Source of the DNA: the human T2T-CHM13v2.0 reference genome, Homo sapiens
Reading direction: 5' to 3' (one strand)
Length of the DNA: 64,000 nucleotides
NCBI RefSeq assembly: GCF_009914755.1
Contig: NC_060930.1
The notes under the pieces are model-generated. The model ran no database searches and had not been told where the DNA came from. It saw nothing but the letters and a program-made list of their open reading frames with translations. A program made the position numbers and the translations under genes. Below are positions 28,290-41,732 of the stretch, in pieces; position 1 is the first letter of the stretch; the number at the start of each line of letters is the position of its first letter.

Positions 28290-31200
28290 GGTTTCAATGT
28301 GCTCCAAAATATCCCTTCACAGATTCTACAAAAAGAGTGTTTCCAAACTGCTGATGGAAAAGAAAGTTTTAACTCTAGGAGATGAATGCACACATCACAA
28401 AGCAGTTTCTCAGATAGCTTCCTTCTAATATTTATCCTGGGAAATTCACTTTTTCACCTTTGGCCTCAATGAGCTCCTAAATGTCCATTTGCCAAATGGA
28501 CAAAGACAGTGGTTCCAAACTGCTGAAACAAAAGAAAGGACTAACTCTGTGAGACGAATGCAAACGTCACAGAGCAGTTTCTGAGAAAGTTTCTTTTTAG
28601 TTTTTATCTGAAGATAATTGCTTTTTCACCATAGGCCTCAGTGTGCTCTGAATTATCCCTTTGCACATTCTACAAAAACAGTGTTTCCAAACTGCTGAAT
28701 GAAAGAAAGGTTTAATTCTGTGAGATGAATGTGCACATCACAAAGCAGTTTCTCAGATAGCTACCTTCTAGTTTTTATCCTGGGACATTCGCTTTTTCAT
28801 CATTGGCCTAAATGTGCTCACAAATGTGAATTTGCAGAATGGAACAATACATTTTCCAAACTGCTGAATCAATAGAAATGTTTAACTCTGTGACATGAAT
28901 GCACACATTACAAAGAAGTTTCTCAGAAAGCTTCTTTCTACTTTTTATCTGAAGATATTTCCTTTTTAACCACAGGCCACAATGCACTTCCAAATATTCC
29001 TTCATGGATTTTACAGAAACAGTGTTTCCTGACTGTTGAATGAAAAGAAAGGTTTAACTCTGTAAGGTGAATGCACACATGACAAACTGTTTCTCAGATA
29101 GCTTCCTTCTAGTTTTTATCCTGGGATATTCTCTTTTTTGCCATTGGCCTCAATGAGCTCCCAAACTTCCTTTCACAGGAAAGATTAAAACAGAGTTTCC
29201 AAACAGCTGAATAAAAAGAATGGTTTGACTCTGTGAGATGAATGCACACATCACAAGGCAGTTTGGCAGAAAGCTTCATTCTACTTTTTATCTGAATATA
29301 ATTTCTTTTTCACCATAGGCCTCAAAGTGCTCCCAAATATCCCTTCACAGATTCTATAAAAAGAGTGTTTCCAAACTGCTGAATGAAAAAGGAGGTTTAA
29401 CACTGCAAGATGAATGCACACATCACAAAGTGGTTTCTCAGGTAGCTTCCTTCTAGTTTTTATCTGGGAAATTCACGTTTTCACCATTGGCCTCAGTGAG
29501 TTCCCAGATGTCCATTTGCAGAATGGATGAAAACAGTGTTTCAAAACTGCTGAATTAAAAGACAGGTTTACCTCTGGGAGATGAATGCTTACATCACAAA
29601 GCAGTTTCTCAGAAAGCTTCTTTCTACTTTTTTCTGAATATATTTCCTTTTTCACCAGAGACCTCAATGTGCATCCAAATATCCCATTGCAAATTCTACA
29701 AAAACCGTGTTTCCAAACTGCTGAATAAAAAGTAAGGTTAACTCTGTGAGATGAATGCACACCTCACTCAGCAGTTTCAGAGATAACGTCCTTCTAGCTT
29801 TTATCCTGGGATATTCACTTTTTCACCATTGGCCTCAATGAGCTCCAAAATATCCAGTCACAAAAAGGATAAAAGCAGTGTTTCTGAACTGCTGAATTAA
29901 CAGAACAGCTTAACTCTGTGAGAGGAATGGATACATAAAAAAGCAGTTTCTCAGAAAACTTCTATCTACTTCTTATCTGAAGAAATTTTCTTTTTCACAA
30001 TAGGCTTCAATGTACTCCAAATATCCCTTCACAGATTCAACAAAAACAGTTTTTTCAAACTGCTGAATGAAAAGAAAGTTTAACCCCATGAGATGAATGC
30101 ACACTTCATAAAGTGGTTTCACAGATTGCTTCCTTCTAGTTTTCATCATGGGTTATGTGTATTTAGCCATTGATCTCAATGAGCTCCCAATTGTCCATTC
30201 ACAGAATGGACAAAAACAGTGTTTCCAAACTGCTGAATCAAAAGAAAGTTTTACCTCTGTGAGATGAATGCATATATCACAAAGGAATTTCTCAGAAAGC
30301 TTTTTTCTAGTTTTTATCTGAATATATTTTCTATTTCACCATAGGCCTCTCTGAGCTCCTGAATATCCCTTCACATATTCTACAATAACAGTGTTTCCAA
30401 ACCATTGAATGAAAAGAATGGTTTAAATCTGAGAGATGAATTGTCCCTTCACAAAGCAATTTCTCAGATAGCTACCTTCTAGTTTTTATCCCGGGTTATT
30501 CATGTTTTTGCCATTGACCTCAATGAGCTCCAAAATTTCCATTAGCAGAAAGTACAAAAACTGTTTCCAGACTGCTGAATCAGTAGAAAAGTTTATCACT
30601 GTGAGATGAATGCACACATCACAAAGCAGTTTATCAGAAAGCTTCTATCTCTTTTTTATTTGAAGATCTTTTCTTCGTCACTGTAGGCCTCATTGCACTC
30701 CCAAATATCCCTTCACGGATTCTACAAAAGCAGTTTTTTCCAAACTGCAAAATGAAAAGAAAGTTTTACCTCTGCTAGATGAGTGCAAACATCATTAAGC
30801 AGTTTTTCAGATAGCTTCCTACTAGTTTTAATCCAGGGATATTCACTTTTTTGACATTGGCCTCCATGAGGTACAAAATGTCCATTCACAGAAAGCACAA
30901 AAGCAGTGTTTCCAGACTGCTGAATCAAAAAAAGTTTTAACTCTTGTAGATGCATGCACACATCACAAAGAAGTTTCTCAGAAATCTTCCTTCTAGTTTT
31001 AATCTGAAGATATTTCCTTTTCACAACAGGCCTCAAGGCACTCCCAAATATCCCTTCACACATTCTACAAAAGAGTGTTTCCAAACTGCTGAATGAAAAG
31101 AAAGGTTAACTCTGTGAGATGAATGCACACCTCACAAAGCAGTTTCTCAGATAGCTTCCTTTTAGTTTTTATCCTGGGATATTCCCTTTTTCACCATTGG

Positions 31201-34200
31201 CCACAAATAACTCCCAAATGTCCATTCCCAGAAAGGACAAAAGCAGTGTTTCCAAACTGCTGTTTCAAAAGAAAGGTATAACTCTGTGAGATGGACACAT
31301 CACAAAGCAGTTTCTCAGAAACCTTCTTTCTAGTTTTTATCTGAAGATATTTCTTTTTCACTGTAGGCTTCAAAGGGCTCCCAAATATCCCTTCAGAGAA
31401 TCTACAAAAACAGTGTTTAAAACTGCTGAATTAAAAAAAAAGGTTTAATTCTGTGAGATGAATACACACATCACAAACCAGTTTCTGAGAAAGCTTCTTT
31501 CTACTTTTTATCTGAAGATATTTTCTTTTTCACCATAGGCCTCAATGGACTCCCAAATATTCCTTCACATATTCTAAAAAACAGTGTTTCCAAACTATTA
31601 AATGAAAAGAAATGTTTAACTCTACAAGATGAATGCCCAAATCACAAAGTGATTTCTCTGATAGCTTCCTCTAGTTTTAATGCTGGGATATTCCCTTTTT
31701 CACCTTTGGGCTCAATTAGCTCCCAAATGTCCATTCGCAGAAAGGACAAAAGCAGTGTTTCCAAACTTCTGTATCCAAAGAAAGGTTTAACTCTGTGAGA
31801 TGAATGCACACATCAGAGAGCAGTTTATCAGAAAGATTCTTTCTAGTTTTTATCTGGAGATATTTCCTTTTACACCGTAGGCCTCAATGTGCTCCCAAAT
31901 ATTCCTTCTCCAATTCTACAAAAACAGGGTTTCCAAACTGCTGAATAAAAAGAAGGGTTTAAATCAGTGAGATAAATGCACATATCACAGAGCAGTTTCT
32001 CAGATAGCTTCCTTCTAGTTTTTATCTTGGGAGATTGGCTTTTTCGCCTTTGACCTCAATGACCTCCTAAATGGCCATTCCCAGAATGGACAAAAACAGT
32101 GCTTCCAAAATCGTGAATCAAAAGAAAAATTTAACTCTGTGAGAAGAATGCACACATAACAAAGTAGCTTCTCAGAAAGCTTATTTCTACTTTTTATCTG
32201 GAGATATTTTGTTTTTCACTATAGGCCTCAATGTCCACCCAAATATCCCTTTGCAGATTCTACAGAAGCAGTGTTTCTAAACTGCTGAATGAAAAGAAAG
32301 GTATAAATCAGTGAAATGAATGCACACATCACAAAGCTGTTTCTCAGATAGCTTACTTCTAGGTTTTATCATGAGATATGTACTTTTTTACCATTGGCCT
32401 CAATGATCTGGCAATTGTCCATTTGCAGGATGGACAAAAACAGTGTTTCCAAACTGCTGAATCAAAAGAAAAGTTTAACTCTGTGAGATGAATGTACACA
32501 TCACAAAGCAGTGTCTCACAAATCTTCTTTCTTTTTTTTTAATCTGAAGATATTTTCTTTTTCAACATAGGCCACAAAGTGCTCCTAAGTATCCCTTTGG
32601 AGATCCTACAGAAAGAGTATTTCCAAACTGCTGAATGAAAAGAAAGCTTTAACTCTGTGAGATAAATGCAAACGTCCCAAAGAAGTTTCTCAGATAGCTT
32701 CTTTCTAGTTTTTATCCTGGGATATATGCTTTTTCACTCTTGGGCTCAATGAGATCCCAAATGTCCTTTTGCAGAATGGCAAAAACAGGTTTCCAAACTG
32801 CTGAAACAAAAAAAATGTTTAACTCTGTGAGATGAATGCACACACCATAAAGAAGTTTCTAAGAAGGATTATTTCTAGTTTTTATCTGAAGATATTTTCT
32901 TTTTCAAGGTAGGTCTCAATGGACTACCAAATATCCCTTCACAGATTCTACAGAAAGAGTGTTTCCAAACAGCTGCATAAAACAAAAGGCTTAACTCTGT
33001 GACATGAATGCAAACATGAAAGTGCTTTCTCAGATAGCTTCCTTCAGGTTTTTAGCATGGGATATTCACTTTTTTGCCATTGGCCTAAATGAGCTCCCAA
33101 ATGTCCATTCACAGAATGGACAAAACAGTGTTTCCAAACAGTTTAATCAAAAGAAAGGCTCAACTATGTTAAAACAGTGTTTCAAAACTTCTGAATAAAA
33201 AGAAAGTTTTATCTCTGCAAGATGAATGCACACATCACATAGTGGTTTCTCAGATAGCTTCCTTCTAGTTTTTATTTTGAGATATTTTATTTTTCACTAC
33301 TGGCCTCAATGAACTCCCAAATGTCCATCCACATAATGGAAAAAAAGAGGTTTACAAACTGCTAAATGAAAAGAAACGTTTATCACTGTGAGATGAATTC
33401 AGACATCACAAAGCCATTTGTCAGAAAGCTTCTCTCTAGTGTTCCTCTGAAGATATTTTCACCGTATTCCTCAAAGCGCTCCCAAATATCCCTTGCCAGA
33501 TTTAATAAAAACAGTGTTGCCAAACTGCTGAATGAAAAGAAAGGTTTAATGATGCGAGGTGAATGCAAACATCACAAAGCAGTTTCTCAGATAGCTTCCT
33601 TCCGGTTTTTTATCCTGGTTTATTCACTTTTTTGCCATTGGCCTCAATGAGCTCCCAAATATCCTTTCACAGAAAGGACAATAACACTGTTTCCAAACTG
33701 CTGAATCTAAAAAAGATTTAACTCTGGGAGATGAATGCACACATCACAAAGCAGTTTCTCAGAAAGCTTCTTTCCACATTTTAACTGAAGATACTTTCTT
33801 TTTCACCATAGGCCTCAATTTGCTCCCAAATATCCCTTCGCAGATTCTACAAAAACAGCATTTTCAAACTGCTGAAAGAAAAGAAAAGTTTAACTCTGCG
33901 AGATGAGTGCACACATCACAATGCAGTTTCTTAGATAGCTTCCTCCTAGGTTTTATCCTGGGATATTCACTTTTTCACATTTGTCCCCAAGGAGCTCTCA
34001 AATATCCACTCACAGAATGCACAAAAACGGTGTTTCCAAACTGCTGAATCCAAAGAAACTTTATGAGATGAATGCACACATCACAGAGCAGTTTCTCAGA
34101 AAGCTTCTTTCTACTTTTTATCTGAAGACATTTTCTTTTTCGCCCTAGGTATCAAGGAGTTCAAAAATATTCCCTCACAGATTCTACAAAAACAGTGTTT

Positions 34201-37200
34201 ACAAACCGCTGAATGAAAAGAAGGTTTTAACTCTGGGAGATGAATGCTCACATCACAAATCAGTTTCTCAGATAGCTTAATTCTAGTTTTTATCCTGGGA
34301 TATTCACTTTTTGGCCATTGGCCTCAATGAGCTACCAAATGTCCATTTGCAGAAAAATTGAAAAAAAAAAAAACAACAGCGTTTCCAAACTGCTAAATGA
34401 AAAGAAAAATTTAACTCTGTGAGACAAATGCACAAATCTCAAGAGAGTTTCTCAGAAAACTAGTTTCTATTTTTTACCTGATGATATTTACCTTTTCACC
34501 ATAGACCTCAATGTGGGTCCAAATATTCCTTTGCAGATTTCACAAAAAACAGTGTTTCCAAATGGCTGAAGGAAAAGATAACTTTAACTCTGTGAGATGA
34601 ATACCCACAGCACAAAGCGATTTCTCAGAGAGCTTTCTTCTAGTTTTTATCCTGGGATATTTGCTTTTTCACAATTGACCTCAATTAGCTTCCAATTGTC
34701 TTTTCCCAGAATGGACAAAAACAGTGTTTCCAAACTGCTGAATGAAAAGGAAGGTTTAACTCTGTGGGATGAATGCACACATCACAAAGTGGTTTCTCAT
34801 ATAGCTTCCTTCTAGTTTTTATCCTGGCGTATTCAGTTTTTCACCAGTGGCCTCATTCAGTTCCCAAATGTCCATTCACAGAAAAGACAAAAACAGTGTT
34901 TCCAAAGGGCTCAATCAAAATAAAGGTTTAACTCTGTGAGACAAATGCACACATCAACAAAGCAGTTTCTCAGAAAGCTTCTTTCTACTTTCTAACTGAA
35001 GATATTTTCTTTTTCACCAGAGGCCTCAATGCACTTCCAATATTCTTTCACAGATTCTTCAAAACTGCTGAATTAGAAGAAAGATTTAAGTGTGCCAGAT
35101 GAATGCAAACTTCACAAACTGGATTCTCAGATTGCTTCCTTCTAGTTTTTATTGTAGGATATTCTCTTTTTCACCATTGGCCTCAAAGAGCTCCCAAATG
35201 TCCATTCTCAGAATTGACAAAAACAGTGTTTCCAAACTGGTGAATCAAAAGAAAGATTTATCTTTATGAGATGAATGCACACATCACAAAGCAGTTTCTC
35301 AGAAAGCTTTCTACTCTCAATCTGAAGATATTTGCTTTTTCACCATAGCTCTCAATGCCCTCCCAAATTTCTCTTTGCATATACTGTAAAAACGTTTCCA
35401 AGCTGCTGAATGGAAAGAAAGGTTTAACTCTGTGAGATGAATGCACACCTCTCAAAACATTTTCTCAGATAGCTTCCTTCAATTTGAGATATTTGCTTTT
35501 TCGCCATTGGCCTCTATGAGCTTCCAAAAGTCCATTTTCAGAATGGACAAAAACTATGTTTCCAAACTGCTGAATCAAAAGAAAGCTTCAACTCTGTGAG
35601 ATGAATGTACACATCAAAAAGCAGTTCCTCAGAAAGACTCATTCTACTTTTTATCTGAATATATTTTCTTTTTCACCATAGCCTTCAAGGCACTTCTAAA
35701 TATCCCTTCACAGATTCTACAAAAAGAGTGTTTCCAAATTGCTGAATGAAAGTGAGCTTTAACTCGGTGAGATGAATGCAAACCTCACCAAGCAGTTTCT
35801 CGGATCACTTTCTTCCAGTTTTTGTCCTTTGACATACGTTTTTTGTTATTGGCCTCAAAGAGCTCCCAAATGTCCATTTGCAGAATGGACAAAACAGTGT
35901 TTCCAAATTGCTGAATCAAAATAAAGGTTTAACTCTGTGAGATGAATGCATACACCAAAAAGCAGTTCCTCAGAAAGCTTCTTTCTACTTTTTATCTGAA
36001 GATATATTCTTTTTCACCACTGGCCTCAACATGTTCCCAAATATCCCTTCAAAGATTCTACAAAAACAGTGTTTCCAAACTGCTGAATAAAAAGAAAGGT
36101 TCAACTCTGCGAGATGAATGCACACATCACATAGCAGTTTCTCAGACAGATTCCTTCTAATTTTCATCCTCAGGTGTTCCCTTTTTCACCATTGGTCTCT
36201 ATGAGCTCCCAAATGTCCATTTGCAGAATGGACAAAAACAGTGTTTCCACAATGCTGGATCAAAAGAGAGGTTTAATTCTGGAGATTAATGCACACATCA
36301 CAAAGCAGTTTCTCATATAGCATCTTTCTAGTTTTTAGCTGAAGATATTTTCTTTTTCACCATAGGCCTCAATGTGCTCCCAAATATCCCTTGGCAGATT
36401 TGACAGAAACAGTGTTTCCAAACTGCTGAATGAAAAGAAAAGTTTTACTCTGCAAGATGAATGCACACAACAAAAAGCATTTCCTCCAAAAGCTTCTTTC
36501 TACTTTTTATCTGAAGATATTTTCTTTTTCAGCATAGACCTCATTGTGCTCCCAAATATCCCTTTGCATATACTACAAAAACAGCGTTTCCAAACTGCTG
36601 AACGAAATGAAAGTTTTAACTCTGTTAGATGAAGGCACACATCACAAAGAAGTTTCTCAGATAGTTTACTTCCAGATTTTATCCTGTGATATTTACTTTT
36701 TTGCTATTGGACGTATGAACTCCCAAATGTCCATTCTGTGAATGGACAAAAACAGTGTTTTCAAACTGCTTAATCAAAAGAAACCTTTAGCACTGTGAGG
36801 TAAATACACACATCATCAAGCAGTTTCTCAGAAAGCTTCTTTCTAGTTTTTATCTGAAGGTATTTTCGTATGCACTGTAGTTCTCAATGCCCTCCCAAAT
36901 ATCCCTTCGCAGTTTCTGCAAAAACAGTGTTTCAAAACTCTTGAATGAAAAGAAAGGTTTAAATCTGCAAGTTGAATGAATACATCACAAAGTGGTTTCT
37001 CAGATAGCTTCCTTCTAGTTTTTATCCTGGGATATTCCCTTTTTTGCCATTGGTTTCAATGAGCTCCCAAATGTCCATTTGAAGAATGAAAAAGACATGT
37101 TTCCAAACTGCTGAATCCAAAAAAGTTTAACTCTGTGAGATGAATGCACATATCATAAAGCAAGTTTCTTAGAAAGCTTCTTTCTGGTTTTTATCTGAAG

Positions 37201-39503
37201 ATATTTTCTTTTTCAACATAGTCCTCAACGCATTACCAGTTATCCTATCACAGATTCTACAAAAACAGTGTTTCCAAACTGCTAAATGAAAAGAAATTTT
37301 ACCTCTGGGGGATGAATGAACACATCAAAAAGAAGTTTTTCAGAGAGCCTCCTTCTAGTTTTACCCTGGGGTATTCACTTTTTTGCCATTATCCTCACTG
37401 AGCTCCCAAATGTCACAGAAGGGACAAAAACAGTGTTTCCAAACTGCTGAATCATAAGAAAGTTTTAACTCTATGAGATGAATGCACACATCACAAAGCC
37501 ATTTCTCAGAAAGACTCTTTGTACTTTTTAGCTTTAGATATTTTCTTTTTTGCCATAGGCCTCAATGTGCTCCCAAGTATCCCTTCTCAGATTCTACAAA
37601 AACAGTGTTTCCAAACTGCTGAATGAAAAGAAAGGTTGAAGTCTGTGAGATGAATGCACACATCACAAAGAGGTTTTTCAGATTGCTTCCTTCTAGTTTT
37701 TATCCTGTGATATACTCCTTTTCAATGTTGGCCTTAATGATCTCCCAAATGTCCATTCACAGAAAGCACAAAAACAGTGTTTCCAAACTGCTGAACCAAA
37801 AGAAAGTTTTAACTGTGTGAGATGGATGCACACGTGACAAAGCAGTTTCCCAGAAAGCTTCTTCCTACTCTTTATCTGAAGATATTTCTGTTTTTCACAA
37901 TGGGCCACGATGTGCTCCCAAATATTCCTTCACAGATTCTACAAAAATAGTGTTTCCAAACTACTGAGTTAAAGGAAAGTTTTAAGTCTGTGAGATGAAT
38001 GAACACCTCACAAAGCCCTTTCACAGATAGCTTCCTTCTAGTTTGTATCTTGGGATATTTGCTTTGTCACCACTGTCATCAATGAGGTCCAAAATGTTCA
38101 TTTACAGAAATGACAAAAACAGTGTTTCCAAACTACTGAATCATAAGAAAGTTTTAACTTTGTGAGGTGAATGCCCCCCTCACAAAGGAGTTTCTCAAGA
38201 TGCTTCTTTCTGATTTTTATCTGTACATATTTTCTTTTTCAACCTAGGCCTCAATGAGCTGCCAAATATCTCTTTGCAGATTCTGCAAAAACAGTGTATC
38301 CAAACTGCTGAATAAAAAGAAAAGTTTTACTCTGTGAAATGAATGCACACATCACAAAGCAGTTTCTCAGAAAGCTTCTTTCTAGTTTTTACTGAAGATA
38401 TTTTCTTTTTCACCTTAGGCCTCAACAGGTTCCCAAATATTCCTTGACAGATTTTGAAGAAAGAGTGTTTTCAAACTGCTGAATGAAAAGGAAGTTTTAA
38501 CACTGTGAGATGAATTAACACATCACAAAGCTGTTTCTCAGATATCTTCCTTCTAGTTTTTGTCCTTGGATACTCTCTTTTTTGCCATTGTCTTCAATGA
38601 GCTCCCAAATGTCCATTCATAGAATTGACATGAACAGTGTTTCCAGACTGCTGAATGAAAAGAATTGTTTAACTTGATGAGGTGAATGCACACATCACAA
38701 AGAAGTTTTTCAGAAAGTTTCATTCTACTTTTCCTCATAAGACATTTTCTTTTTCGCCATAGTCCTCGATGTTCTCCAAAATATCTCTTCACAGATTGTA
38801 CAAAATAGTGTTTCCAAAATGCTGAATGAAAATAAAAGTTTAACTCTGTGAGATGAATGCACACATCACAAAGTGGTTTCTCAGTTAGCGTCCTTATTGT
38901 TTTTATCCTGGGATATTTGCTTTTCCATCATTAGGCTCAATGAACTTTCAAACGTCCATACACACAATGTACAAAAACAGTGTTTCCAAACTGCTACCTG
39001 ACAAGCAAGGTTAAGTCTGTGAGATGAATGCACCCATCACAAAGCAGCTTCTCAGAAAGCTTCTTTCTACTTTTATATGAAGGTATTTTCTTTTTCAGCA
39101 TAGGAATCAATGCGCTTCCAAATATCCGTTTGCAGATTCTACAAAAACAGTGTTTCCAAATTGCTGAAAGAAAAGAAAAGTTTAACTCTGTCAGATGAAT
39201 GCACACATCACAAAGCAGTTTCTCAAGTACCTTCCTTCTAGTATTTATCCAGTGATACTCACTTTTTGGCCATAGGCCCCCAGTGAGCTCCCAAATGTCC
39301 ATTTGCAGAATGGACAAAAATAGTGTTTAAACAGTGCTAAATCAAATGAAAGTTTTGTCTCTGTGAGATGAATGCACACCTCACAAAGCTGTTTCTCAGA
39401 TAGCTTCTTTCTAGATTTTATCTGAAGATATTTTCTTTTTCACCATAGGCCTATATGAGCTTTCAAATTTCCCATCACAGATACTACAAAAAGTTTTTCT
39501 AAA
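28290..39503 (-). repeat. Alpha satellite, divergent dimeric type (block 1c)
   Basis: X/Y alternation at ~343-bp period with occasional XX or YY and partial monomers (e.g. 33121-33170). Confidence 0.97.
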
Positions 39504-40140
39504 TTTTCTTAATCCAGTCTATCATTGTTGGACATTTGGGTTGATTCCAAGTTTTTGCTATCGTGAATAGTGCCGCAATAAACATACGTGTGCATGTGTC
39601 TTTATAGCAGCATGATTTATGGTCCTTTGGGTATAAACCCAGTAGTGGGATGGCTGGGTCAAATGGTATTTCTAGTTCTAGATCCCTGAGGAACCGCCAC
39701 ACTGACTTCCACAATGGGGAATCCTTTCCCCATTGCTTGTTTTTCTCAGGTTTGTCAAAGAAAATGTGGCACATATACACAATGGAATACTATGCAGCCA
39801 TGGAAAATGATGAGTTCATGTCCTTTGTAGGTACATGGATGAAATTGGAAATCATCATTCTCAGTAAACTATCGCAAGAACAAAAAACCAAACACCGCAT
39901 ATTCTCACTCATAGGTGGGAATTGAACAATGAGATCACATGGACACAGGAAGGGGAACATCACACTCTGGGAACTGTTGTGGGGTGGGGGGAGGGGAGAG
40001 GGATAGCATTGGGAGATATACCTAATGCTAGATGACGAGTTAATTGATGCAGCGCACCAGTATGGCACATGTATACATATGTAACTAATCTGCACAATGT
40101 GCACATGTACCCTAAAACTTAAAGTATAATAATAATAATA
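39504..40140 (+). mobile_element. LINE-1 (L1PA2/3-like) with 5' inversion (twin priming), ~640 bp
   Basis: Antisense L1 at 39504-39761, then sense L1 at 39758-40140 ending in aaagtataataataataata. 16-bp TSD AAAAAGTTTTTC(T/C)AAA at 39488-39503 and 40141-40156. Confidence 0.93.
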
Positions 40141-41732
40141 AAAAAGTTTTTCCAAACTGTTGAATGAAAAGAAAGATTTAACTCTGTGAGATTAAAGTTC
40201 ACATGACCAAGCAGTTTCTCACACAGATTTCTTTTAGTTTTCATCCTGGTATATTCACTTTTTTGCCATTGACCTCGAGCTACAAAATGTCCATTCGCAG
40301 AATGGACAAAAACATTGTTGCCAAACTGCTGAATCAAAGGAAAGATTTAAATCTGTGAGATGAATGCACACATCCTAAAGCAGTTTCTCAGATAGCTTCC
40401 TTCTGGTTTTTATCCTGGGATATATGCTTTTCCTCCATTGGGCTCAATGAGATCCCAAATGTCCATTTGCAGAATTGACAAAAAGAGTGTTTCAAATTTG
40501 CTGAACCAAAAGAAAGGTGGAACTCTGTGAGATGAATGCTCACATCACAACACAGTTTCACAGAAACTTTCCTTCTACTTTTTATCTTAAGATAAATTCT
40601 TTTTCACCATAGGCCTCGATCCACTCCAAAATATCCTTTTGCAGATTCTATAAAAACAGTGTTTCCAACCTGCTGATTCAAAAGAGAGGTTAAACACTGT
40701 GAGATTAATGTACACATCTGAAAGTGGTTTCTCAGATAGCTTCCTTCTAGGTTTTATCCTGAAATATTTGCTTTCTCATCATTAGGTTCAATGAACTACA
40801 AAATGTCCATTTGCAGAATGTACAAAACCAGTGTTCCCAAACTGCTAAATCTAAAAAAGATTTAACTCTGGAAGATGAATGCACACATCACAAAGCAGTT
40901 TCTCAGAAATTTCTATCTTCATTTTTTCTGAAGATACATTCTTTTTCACCATAGGCCTCATTGTGCTCTAAAATATCCCTTCACAGCTTCTACAAAAACA
41001 GTGTTTCCAAACTGCTGAATGAATGCGTTAACTCTGCGAGGTGAACGCAGACATCACAAAGCAGTTTCTCAGAAAGCTTCTTTCTATTTTTTATCTGTAA
41101 ATATTTTCTTTTTCACTTTAGGCCTTAATGCACTCCCAAATATCCCTTTGCAGTTCCTACAAAGACAGTGTTTCCAAACTCTTGATTGAAAAGAATGATT
41201 TAACTCTGCAAGATGAATGCACATATCAGAAAGCAGTTTCTCAGATAGCATCATTCTAGTTTTAATTCCAGGATATTTTCTTTTGGGCCATTGACCTCAA
41301 TAAGCACCATTCTGTGAATGAACGAGCATAGTGTTTCCAAGCTGCTGAATTAAAAGAAAGGTTCAACTGTGTGAAATGAATGAACACATCTCAAAGCAGT
41401 TTCTCAGAAAGCTTCTTCCTAGTTTTTATATGAAGGTATTTACTTTTTCACCATAGACCTCAATGCACTCCCACATATCCCTTCACGGATTCTACAAAAA
41501 CAGTGTTTCCAACCTGTTGAATGAAAAGAAAAGTTTAACTCAGTGAGATGAATGCACACATCACAATGCGGTTTCTCAGGTACCTCCCTTCTACTTTTTG
41601 TCCTGGGTTATTCACTTTAACCAATGAGCTCCCAAATGTCCATTCACATAATGGACAAACACCTTGTTTCCAAACAGCTGAATCAAAAGAAAGTTTTAAC
41701 TATATGAGATGCATGCATGCATCACAAAGCAG
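40141..41732 (-). repeat. Alpha satellite, divergent dimeric type (block 1d)
   Basis: Same monomer types. Ends at ...catcacaaagcag at the strand switch. Confidence 0.96.
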
